The notes below the pieces were generated by a model, which had not been told where the DNA came from, ran no database searches, and worked only from the letters and a program-made list of their open reading frames with translations. The position numbers and the translations under genes are program-made. A stretch of DNA of 64,000 bases. Source: Amoebophrya sp. A120. Lineage: Eukaryota; Protista; Dinoflagellata. The stretch is taken from positions 1,160,709 through 1,224,708 of the forward strand of contig CAJINV010000010.1 of assembly GCA_905178155.1 (NCBI GenBank). The letters run 5' to 3'. Positions 49,501 to 61,500 of the stretch are shown in pieces (position 1 is the first letter of the stretch; every line of letters begins with the position of its first letter).

Positions 49501-52500
49501 TTTACGTAAACAGCAGTCGTCTCCCGGAACCCCCGGCGCTGGTGGACCAGCTGCAGGAGCCCTAACTAGTACAAGCGCAGCTGCGCAGCAGCAACAGATT
49601 CTGGCCTCCACCTCTCGCCGCTTGAGCTCGAGTAGAGCTACCTCGGTTTTTGACGACCGGCACTTCATTTTGGCGTACGATGTAGACGCGGGTAAGTTTA
49701 TCGCGATGGAGCAATCCGATTATCAACAGTACTTGCAGGTTCGGAAGAAAAAACTGCAAAACGACAAAATCAAGCAGTCGTTGATCACAGTCGCGGATTA
49801 CGAACATCCGGACGACACTTCACAAACCCCTGTTTTATCGAAAGACGCGGTGAACGCGAGGCTATCGAGGATCCGGGATTCCGTAGCGTCGGCGATGGGC
49901 GTCGTCGGGGGAAGTGGTGGTGGTAGAAATGCAGGTGAGATGAACAAAAGAAATTCCATTTTCGAAAAGAATCTTACCACGAAATTTCTCCTGCTCTCCG
50001 AATCGGTAGCGGAGCAAACAGCGGCTGGCTCTGATGTTTCTGATGTAACAAGGGAACCTATTCAGATGGTTCGGATGGGAGATTCCCTGAAATTAGGGGT
50101 GTTTCTGGAAGAAGATCAAACAGAAATAAGCTCTAAGACTTCTGCGCGAGCAACTTTGCCGTCTGCTTCAACAATTTCTTTGCCTGGAGCTGCTGCTTCT
50201 GGTGCAGCCTCTCTAGGAGCATCGACCCCTGGCCAGCAACTAGTCCTCGGGGTGGACCGACAAAACGGGAAGTGCAAAACCCAATCGGCTTCGTTCGAGC
50301 AAATCCTCCAGGCCCCGACGAAAGCCATGGAAACCCTCTTTTCCATCGACTACGGCGGCCCGATGCTCACCCCGGGCATGCCATTGATGCTGCGCGCGGT
50401 GCAGACCGACGGCTACCTGCGACTGCAGAAGAACAACTCCGAGGCGTTTTTATGAACTGCAAAAGTATCGTACTCGTATAAATGCATTACAAATTTCCTC
50501 AGCATGAGGAAGAAAATTTGTAATGCGGATTTGACTTAGCAAGAAAATTTGTAATGCATGATTGCGATACGAGTACGATACTTTTGCACAGGATAGTTTT
50601 GCTGTTCCGAAATCGGGAAGGGCGCGGTTTTGTTGCAAACGAATGTACTATGGAACAAAAAAAGTTCGTCACGATCACTCATGCGCATTTTTGCAATACA
50701 AAAATTTCTGTCATGCGTAAAATTGCATCACAGTCTAATTTCATATGGGATTTCTCTATGTAGTTGTGCAATACAAGAAAAACCTGTGATGCATAAAAAA
50801 TTTCTCATGCAAAAAATGCAAGCCAGTGACTATGACAAACTTTTTTCTCTCCATATGTACACAGTAGATTGGTGCAACACAAAAAGTTCGCAGTGAAACG
50901 GGGTTCGAACACTGGAAAATCGTCGAGAATAAAAACGTCGACGACCACAACGACGACAACAACTACCACAACGCTTCAGCTCGCCCCGCCGTCGTCCGCG
51001 TGTGGTCCATCACAGCCACAGAGTATGATTATGCCAAGGAAGTCGATCTTGAAACAGGTGAACTTCGCACCGCAGGTGGAAGTGCAGAGTTTGCCAATAC
51101 CAGCCTCCAGTATGGCAAATGCAGAAGATCAACAAGAAGAGAAGAAATCTCCGAAGGAAATCGAGGAGGAGAAGCGCAGACGGGCGAGGTTCCGGGAGGA
51201 AGCGGCCTGCTGGGGCACTTGGTTGATCGACCGGGTGGTTGAGGACGTCGACCCGGACGATCCGGAAGCGGGGATTGACGCCTTCGATTTCGAATCTAAC
51301 ATCCGCAACGCGCCCTTGAAAGTCGGGGACAAAATCGCGCTTTTAGGCATGAACGAGAAGTACTTGCAATTGAACCGGGGAGTGAACGAGCACTTGGTGG
51401 AGCAACCCAAAAGAGCAGACGGCAGTTCGAACCGGGTGGTCTTCCGAGCGCCTAGTTTTACGGCCCGGGCGTCGCGGAAAAGTTCTGTGGTTCTCGGAGA
51501 ACAAGTTCTTTCGTCCGCTAATGGGTCCTCTACTGCGATGCAGAGAACGTCCAAGCTCGCAGCGTCTAGTACTGCTCGCGGGTCGGTTGTTTTGCCAACT
51601 ATTGGGGAGGACAACACGAATCAGAGTTTCGATGAAGACGAAGATTTGAAGAATTTACCCGAGCTGTCCTCCCCGCCGACCACGGCAGTGATTCCGGACC
51701 AGAATAGAGTTGGGAGTGCCGGCGGCGCGAAAGACGAGGCGCGGCAAGGAGATGTTGAAATAAATCCTGACGAGCAGGCCGTTGCAGGAGGAACTGGAAC
51801 AAATGCTGACGCTGACGATGAAGAGAGCAAACAAGAACTTGGACCAGGAGCACCTTCCGGAGGTGCAGCCGCCCCCACGGAAAACCCCCGTCAATCCACC
51901 CAGATTTCCATTCACGGCTACGACGCCCGGCGCGACACGACCAATCCCGTGGGGCAGCCGTCGATTTTCGTCCAGAACAACGAGATTGAACTCGCGGAAT
52001 TCCGCCCGACAGAGGTGACGCACTTGGAAACCTACGAAGTCAACCCTTTTCTCCCGATGCGGTGCGACGCAGAGACGATGGACGAACCCACCACGCACTT
52101 TATCATCGAAAAAATGGGGTTGGTCGAGGGGGTATCAAATGCAAATATGTCGGGGTCTGGAAACTTGTAATGCTGAGTGACGTAGCATGTGTAGGGTACA
52201 AATAATGGCTCAGCATGACAAGTTTCTGAGCTTCTAAGTGTTGCCTATTCTGCATGACAAACTGCGTTTCTGCATCACATAAAAATGCGGGCTTTTGGGT
52301 AACGTGCATGACAGACTTAAGGGTCTTGCTAGCCTAGCATGACAAACCTTGCCCTTTTCCACACCCAGACATATTTGCAATGCATAGGGGGTAAGGACCA
52401 ACCCAGACAAGAAAACGATTGTCCACGACGGGTTGCACATCTGCCTCCGGCCGGTGGCGTTGGGCGAGCACTTCGTCGCGGAAGTGAAGAAGCAACCGGT

Positions 52501-55500
52501 TAATGCAGAGAGATCGCCGGTGACCGGGTTAAGAAGACTGTCCGCAGCTTCTGGAACTAGTACTTCAAACACGAGTAGAAGGCCGTCGATTTTTTTGAAA
52601 AACACAATAAACGATCAGTCGAATAACAAGCCAGCTGCGAAAACCTCCTCCCTCGTGACCGACCACGATGCGAAAGTGGATATCACCAACGGTATTTTCC
52701 CGATCGGCATGTGCACGGACCCAAGGATCGAGTTTGTCGTCGAACTGGTTCCGATCCAGCAACTGGCCAAAATCGCGAGTCGGGCCCGGAAGGAGAAGGA
52801 AAGGCTGACGAAGGGGGACTGCAGTTTGGAATTTTACAACCCGTTCAACAAGAAATCCACGACGGTGGAGGCGATGCAAGCCGGGTGGAACGAAATCCAC
52901 GATTTGGCGAACGCTTTGACTTTGTTACCGAGTAACAGCGCGATCACGGTGACAAATAACGAGGGGAATTACCTGCAAGTGATCGGCGACTACGATTACG
53001 AAAAGCGGGAATTCTATGGAAGTGTCAGGAATGAAATCGACAGTGTTGACATAGTTTGTGCTGCATAAAATGCAAGGCACGAAGTGCCTCTCTTGCAGAG
53101 ATGGCAAGTTGTGAGGCCGACCGTCAGGCTGTTTGGGGTCTGCGATAGAGCTGCTAAAGTAGCATGACAAACGGCGCCTTCTGTCCCAAAATAGCATGAC
53201 AAACTGGAAGATTTAGACGGTGCCGAAATTTGTCATGCGCCGCTTAGAAATTGGCCTTCCCCCTGGTATCGATTTTATGCATGGCAAATCATTTCAGCTT
53301 TCTCGATTTCAAACCTGACGCTTCCATGAATTCCCGATCAGTTCCATCGGCTTTGCGGCGAAGCGGGATGGCTGGGTAGCGCGATTGGACGCGCCGAAGA
53401 TGATATCGCAAGAAAAAACTGTTTCACTGTAAACTTGTAATGCAGAAAATGCATCGCAGAAGTGTTTCTGTTGCTAAACATGCAAGGCAAAACATTTTTG
53501 GCCGTGTTTTTTCCTAGCAACGTCGCATGGCAAACTTCCGTTGTCATGTAAAACAAACTTGTGATGCAAAACTTGCAAAATCCTTACAGCGAAACACTTT
53601 GTTCGGACGATAGATGAGCGGGAAGTCGGATTTGTACGCCGCAGCGGTAAACGCGAAGTTGAACGGCGGGAAGTGTTATCCTGTGCAAAAGTATCGTACT
53701 CGTACTAATCGCAGCCATGCAAGACAAATTTCTTTTTCAAGCTAAATCAGCATGAGAAATTCCATTGTCATGCTGAGCTAATTTGTACTGCACTAGCTAC
53801 TACACGTACGATTGATACTTTTGCAGTTCATAGTTGTGTCGTGGTGTACGGAGATACGGAAGAGTTTAGGACTTTGCAGGTACTTACTTGATGCAGCGGA
53901 GGCGTATAATCTTTTCGACATTCATGTACAAAAATAAGTAAAAAAAAAAAAATAAAATTTGAATTGAGTAAAGTATTTTTACTTTTTAGTATTTTTTATA
54001 ATTTTTTAAGCACAAAAAACAGTAATTATAATGTTTTGCTGGAACTTCAAAGGTCTAACTTTTGCAGCCCTCACGCAAAGATGCATTTATTGATTTACAA
54101 AAAGCTTAATTTCAGGCTGGACTTAGAATATCAAAAGTATGATTTGACAGTTTTTACCCTTTTAGGTGTTTTTTTTTTTTCGCAGATGAGCATGCTAAAT
54201 TTCGCTGAGTGTCGCTCCACCTTTCCAATTCCAACAAAGGTCAAGTCCGCGAGCGACCCGAAACCGTGTCTGCCCATGGTCTACGTGAACCGCGCGGGTA
54301 TCAAGACCGTGTGCGAAAAAGGAATCAAGATTCAAGGCGTCAAGTTCGACCACAAACTAGGTCGGGGCCAGACCAGTCGGTCCTGCATCATGAATTCCGT
54401 TTGCAGCAGCGCCAGGCGGACGATGCGGGGACAGAACATCGCGCACATGTACAGTCTATGCATTGCAAAAGTATCGTACTCGTACTAAATCGCATTCATG
54501 CAATACAAATTTCTTTCTCAAGTCAAATCCGCATTTACAAATTTTCTTTCTCATGCTGATGAAATTTGTCATGCGATTTATACTAGTACAACGCTTTTGC
54601 ATTTCATACAGTCTTGCCGCCGAGTACATGAACTCCGACCGGGGCGTCTTGAAGATTGAGGACAAGAAAGATGAGGAACCGGTTGACAGTACTAAAGCTG
54701 GAAATAGAGCGAAAGCAAAAGATAGCAAGTCGGAAGATCAAGAGTCCGTTTCGTTGACAGGAGTCGAAGCAGAAACCACCGCCCAATTAGACGAGGACCC
54801 GAAAGAAGAGGAACCAGCAGAAAACGATCAAGAGCAGGCAAAGTATCAGTGGAAAGTGAAACATGCGAACTACCTGTGGCCAACCAGCAAGGGCGGCGTC
54901 ATGAATGTCCATTACGGCGCGAAGCCTCTACCGCCCTCCGCTCAGCGCCAATACAAGTACGATGCGTATGGAAACATGGTGATTGACACTTTCAACGACA
55001 AATCTCGGAAGTCGGTGATTCGCGGGAAGGGGAAAAAGGAGTTCGAGAAAGCGAAGAACCGGGAAATCGTGTTAAGCAATATGGATTTGCCGAACGCTGC
55101 GTCGATGAGTGGGGACGAGGTAACAGCTGGAACGAAGACCGGAAATAAATTGAAGAAAAACAAAATTTTCAGCGGCTTTATGAAGGGCGGGAAGAAGAAC
55201 AAAAAAGGATCGATATCCTGTATAAAAACGTCCCCACGACGACGACCCCATAGTCAAGGTACTAGCAAGTCTGCAGCACAAATCCGGAAACTTTGAGCGC
55301 CCCGCATGACAAATTGGGACACCTAGCGTAGAAGTCGTGTTTAGCTATGCGAGCCGCATCACAGGTTGACCGCCTCATCCTGATTCGAGCATGTCAAATT
55401 CCAAGACCTCACTAGAAATACAAAATGCTTCTCACGGGGCTGCGCATGAGTAACGTTTTAGCTATGCACTTTTGCATGACAGCTCTGGGGTGGGCGTCGT

Positions 55501-58500
55501 GGGGACGCTTTTGCAAAGGATAATCGAGCAACGCTCGTTCCGTCTCCATCACCAGCGACGGGCGACTCTCCATCACGCAAGCGCAGGGTTCCGGGGTGCA
55601 GATTTTGTCCTCCAGTTCCAATTCCAACCTCTCCCTGACAGGGTCGAGTTCCAAAAAATTCAAATCTTCCGCTTCCATCGTCGGCTACACGCTTTTCCAG
55701 GAGGAAATGTTCCAAGACCGGTCTTCTTGGCTGCAAACCGGTAGGACGTCGCAGGATTTCATGCACGATATCGCAAGGAAAAAGTGTTACAGTTTCACAT
55801 TTGTTGGAGTTTCTGCATCACAAAGTTTTCGACATGGCAAAGACAACCTGTAATGCGCAGACTATAAGAGAAAACACGAATGAAATGAGGTCGGCAAGCA
55901 TTTCCAGCATGACAGAGGTTGTCTGTCTTGCTTGTCTCCCATCAGAGTGTGTAACAGTAACACTTTTTCTTCACGATACACGAGATGCTGTGCGGGATAC
56001 CCGGGATGGCAAACGAGGACGATTTCGCGGACGATGAGCAGCTGATATGCAGTGCAAAAGTATCGTACAACTCGTACTAGTTGCGTTTATGCATTGCAAA
56101 TCTTTTTCTCAAGGCAAATCCGCATTACAAATTCAATTTGTAATGCTAAGTCAATTGGTAATGCACTTTGTGTATACTAGTACGATGCTTTTGCAATGCA
56201 TAATTGAATGCGGATAGCGATTTCAAAATCGAGTATAAGTTTGAGGAGGTGGATCAGAGCTCACTGGATAAATCAAAACTGAATGAGGATGAGGAGATTA
56301 TGTCGGAAGAAATTACCGAGGGGGTGAAGTCGAAGAAATACATCCCGATATGACAGCCTCAGAATGGAAATCCTCAAAGTGGAAATGATTTGTAATGCAA
56401 AAAAACGATTCCAGCTAGAGCGCCATTTCTAATCGGCGCATGACAAATTTCCTGGGCACTCGAAACCTGTCTGTCATGCTAGTTAGGGCAAGGGTGTGCC
56501 CTTCTCTCGTGCTAATTAGCAGCCCAATTCTGAACCCATAGGAGCACAATAGTCGGCCTCCATTGCGTCCTCTGCAATACAGTCGCTTTGGTGTCGCATT
56601 TCATGCATCACAAGTTATTTCCACTTTGAGAATTTCCATTCTGAGGCTTTCATACCCGAAGAAGTACACGGACATGCTGGTTCTGGGATTACTGTGTGGG
56701 ACGATCGTATGGATGTGTCAGAGTTGAAACCGACAAAGTTGAAATAATTTGTCATGCATAAAATGGATGCCAGTTGGAACCCAGTTTCCAAGTGACGCAT
56801 AAGAAATTTCGGCGGTCCCTAAATCCAGTTTGTCATGCTATTTAGGCAAAGAAGAGCGATTTTCTCATGCTACTTTAGCAGCTCGAGCTGTAACCCCAAA
56901 CAGGCTTACAATCGGCCTCACTTGCCTGCTCTGCAACACACGTGCCTCGGGTCATGCATTTTATGCATTACAGACTATTTCAACTTTGACGATTTCAAAC
57001 CTGACGCTTCCATAGATCGGGATGTTTTTCCTGCTCGTTTGGAACGTGCAAAACGCGGTTACCTTGGAGCACGAGGAGATCTTGCAGTACAAGTACGGGA
57101 AACAGAGAAGCAGCGCGGAACGGAGAAAAGGGAGGATGGGTGGAGCAGGAACTACGTCACTCGTTGGAGCAGACGAGGATTTATTTCCTGCTGCTCCCGC
57201 AGACAGTTCTCGTGTGCGATTGCTAGCAGAAGACAGTATTGAATACGTAGAACACAACAGTGCAGCAGGAGGGTTTTCAATGCCGGAAGACGTCGACCAG
57301 CACGACACAGCAGCGCAGCGTCCTCCACAGGTGGCACCACCTTCTAGCCCCACAGGGGGGCCAGGAAAACCAAAAATCTCGAAAGAAAAAGAAATCACAA
57401 CGGAGTTCGATAAGTGGGTCAGACAAAATAAAGAGACGACGAGAAAACACCCCCTGGACCCGGAGTTGGATTATTTCACGTATCAGATCCACTTGGAAAT
57501 TCTCGGGAATTTTCTCCTTCAAGATGTGAAAGACGATTTGAAGAAGATAATTTTGACACGGAAAAATATTAAATCTTCTTCTTCCTCGCTGCAACGCGAA
57601 GGACAAGAGTCCGTCGATACGGTTTTCACACGGTTGGTGAAAAAATGTCCGGCGGTGGTGCAGAAAATTACTACTACTTCCGAGCAGGGAGAGCCCGTTT
57701 TTCGTAGCGAAGAGCTTCGTCAACATCTCCAGCCCCTCCAAGCCCGCATCTGTACGAAGTTGGACAAATTGCGAAAGGAATTTCTTCTCGGTTTCTTCAA
57801 ATTCATCTTTTCCGAAGCGTACGAAGCCGTGAAGGACCACAGCGAGCATCTGCAACTCTCTCTTCCCGCAGTCCAACATAAGAACAGCATCACGGCCGAG
57901 TTCCACTTCATCCCGATATCAAATGTAAAAATGTCTGGGTCTGCAAGATTCTGAGATTTGTCATGCATGTTTTGCATGACCCATGATCTCTTTAATGCAC
58001 GACCGCGCATCACAGACTTGGAGATGGCTTCCTGATGCCTACTCCGCATCACAAACGCCCTCCCCGCGTAGCACAAACTAGACTCCTCTTGCTGGTAATG
58101 CAATACAGATTTTTCTGGAGTCCAAAATTAGCATCACAAGTTCCAATCGTCCAGACCCAGACATTTTTACACTTGATACCCCAAGCACGAGCACCACACG
58201 CCCCCGACCGCCCTGCGCAGCCCGTATTTCTATGCATTGCAAAAGCATAGTACTAGTAGAAATCGCATTACAAATTCGGCCAGCATGACACATGGAATTT
58301 GTCATGTTGTTTTGCCTTGGGATGGAAATTTGTAATGCATGACTGCGATTAGGATTTTTACTACGAGTGCGATACTTTTGCACAGGATAATTTCCACGAA
58401 GATCGCTTGGTGTTGAAAATCTCCTTTCCCTTTCCGAAAACGGTATCGAATGCAAATATGTCTGGGTCTGGATGATTGCTAAACTTGTAATGCAGGTTTT

Positions 58501-61500
58501 CCATGACCTATGAGGTCTGCTCTACATGGCCTAGCATGAGAGATTCTGTGCGATGATCTCTGTCATGCCTCTCCTGCATGACAAACTGCCTCGCAACTAC
58601 TTGCGCAAGAGTGCATAGCTTCTGGTAATCATGCAACACAGAGTTTTGCACGATTCCAGACTCAGCATGACAAGTTGAAGTGATCCAGACCCAGTGATGT
58701 TTGCAATGCATACAGGGGCTACGACTACCATTCGCAGGAGCACCACTTGTCCGCGCACTATGCATTGCAAAAGTATCGCACTCGTAGGAATTGCATTTAT
58801 GCATTACAAATCTCTTTTTCAAGGTAAATCAGCATTACAAGTTCAATTTGTAATGCTGTGCTAGTAATTTGTATTTGTAATGCAAGTTTTACTAGTAAGA
58901 TGCTTTGGCATTGCATACGCACGGGTCCACGCCGATACTGGTGTCCACCTCGGGCGGCGGTGATCTGCAATACCCGCTTGGGGAGTCGGTCTTCCGGAAA
59001 TTTTGCAACGTGTATCAGAACGACATGGACGATTCTTTGGGGGTGTTTTTTTTGAGAGCGGTGGAATACGCCGGAGCGGAAATGAGTTTGTACAGCTCGA
59101 CTTGTAATGAGGTGAAAGACGATAGTACAACTGGGGATGACGACGACGACAATTCTGAAGGATGCGATGTTGATTCGGCACAACAATCCATACACGATGC
59201 CGAAAACAACAGTAAACTCCTCCCCCTCAACGCCCAGTCGCTGAAGAAACGGGTGCGGGAGAGATTTTACCTCTACGCAAACGTCGTGAGCCGAGCTTCT
59301 GCCGGCGGTACGGGAAACGAAATGTTGTCAACAAATTATCAAAACCAAGAGGATGACGACTCCCTCGAAATCCCGCCCTGCGACGTCCCGGATGCCGGGA
59401 ATCTCGGGAAGATGGTAAAGGGGTGTATCAAGGACAGCAAAAATAACAAAATCGCCAACGCCTTCCCCTGCGACGGAAAGATGGTGGGGAAGGGGGTTTG
59501 CGCAGCGCACGAGATTGACGAGTACTCCTGTTTTTGCGATATTGGGTACGAGCCGGTGATGCTCAGGCCGCCGGAGTCCCGGAAGAAACCGTTTTGGTCT
59601 GGGGAATGTCATATCAAATGCAAATATGTCTGGGTCTGGAAAAGTGTGATGCTGTTTGCGCATGACACAGAAGGTCTAGCATGCAAGCCCTAGCAACACA
59701 GGTTTTGACTTTGAGCGGGTTAGGCAATGCTTAACCCGCATGACAAGCTCCCTCTTTTGGTGGCAAGAAATGAGCAACTTTTGCGGTCCATGCTTGACAG
59801 ATTTTTTTCTGGTCTCAAATACGCATCAGAAGTCTACATGTTTCCAGACCCAGACATTTTTGCATTTGATATGTCAACTTGTGCAGGATTTCTGTTCCTT
59901 AGCTGGGCTGGCGACGGAGAAAAACGCGAAGCTGCTGATTGTTGGGGAAGATGGGGAGGACGATCATGGTGGTGTGGAGCAGTCAGGAGTAGACCACGCG
60001 CTTGTTGTAACTGATGGGGACGAAACACGACCTACCGCGTCGACTACCCCAAGAAGTAGAAGATCTCTCGCGAGCGAGGACGCTGCAGCATCTCCTTCTC
60101 CTGATGCTGTCACCACATTGCCCATGGGGAAGACGCTGAAGCTGAAATGTCCCAACGAGGGCTACATGTGGAGCGACAAATCGCTCGAGAAGGCGAGAGA
60201 GTTTCACTGCGCTTTATCACCGGAAGACCCGGTGGCGACGTGGGAGATTCCAGATGTTTTGGCAGAAACAACATCAGCACCAGCTTCTAGTTCCGACGGC
60301 GTTGAGAACATCAACGTCGCCCAAACTGACACTATCAGTTTGCGGGACTTCGTCTTTCCGACACAAATCCAGAAAAAAACTGCCCCCTACCCGCTGGTGT
60401 ATTTCAACGCCCAGTACCAGATGCAACACCCGAAAACGAGGAAGAAATTGATCGTGAAGAAAAACGATCGAATCCAATACTCCGACGCTTTGAAAAAACA
60501 GTACGAAAACGCGATCATCAACTCGAACGGGGATATGTCGAAGTTATTGCTGTTTAAACCCTATGACAAGCTGAAAATCCACCAACTCCGCGGCTCTTGG
60601 TCGCCGCACGTCTTCTGCGAGCAAATCACCTGCAAAGCCGATCAGAAATTGGAGATGAAAAACGCGAAACCAATCAGAAGTCTCCCGACCATGCACGGCG
60701 GCTGGTTTCATTTCGAGTGCAACTTTGGCTACACGCACGACAGTACTGCAACTTCCTCGACGGGGGGACAAACAAAAATAACTTCTCTGGACGACCAACA
60801 GACGATGTTGAGAGCGGAGAAGCATAACCAATTTTCTCTCCCCTGCACGGACACGCGGAAAATTCCTGGTAGTTCGGGTTCTTCTAAATCCGATGAGAAC
60901 GTCTTTGCCTACGTTGCAGATGAAGTCGTGGAAAAAGCGCGGAATTTCTTCTGCAGCAAGAAGAAAAAGGGGTACTGTAGGCAGTTCGAAATGGTGAACG
61001 CGAAGATTTTATGCATTGCAAAAGTATCGTACTCGTATTGCAATCATGCACTACAAATCTTGTTCTTGAGGTAAATCAGCAATACAAATTTTATTTCTCA
61101 TCATGCTAAGGAAATTTGTGAGTGCGATACTTTTGCAATGCATAGATTTTTTCACCAGAAGCGCAAGAACTACCTTCGGGAACTACTTCTAGTGCCGGAC
61201 CTGTAACTGCAGATTTTTGGGGAACCACGGTTCTAGGCACAGAGGTGGTCGTTACGTGCGATAGCGGGTTTGTGATGAATAGTGGAGCAGCTGCACCTGC
61301 TCCTTCTTCGCCTTCCGGTAGTGCAGGATCGCAGAGAACAAGCAAAACAAGCACGAACAAAATCACCCGGACCTGCATCGCCAGCGACGCAAACTTCGGC
61401 GTTTTTGACAAGGCGAATAGTTTCTGCGAAAAAATTGACAGCTACTGCCCAGAGTTGGAGGTCGTTTACCACGAATCTGCCGGTGGACAACATCCGGACA

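Noticed and set aside
10171-59871. Repeated short ORFs with motifs such as CKNVWVWK, FQTQT and PDPDIF
   Set aside because: These are translations of introner TIRs, not a protein family.
4192-61144. Recurring repeats alternating with unique sequence, resembling a CRISPR array
   Set aside because: Units are paired inverted ends of 135-410 bp elements with TSDs, the intervening pieces are exons, and there are no cas genes.
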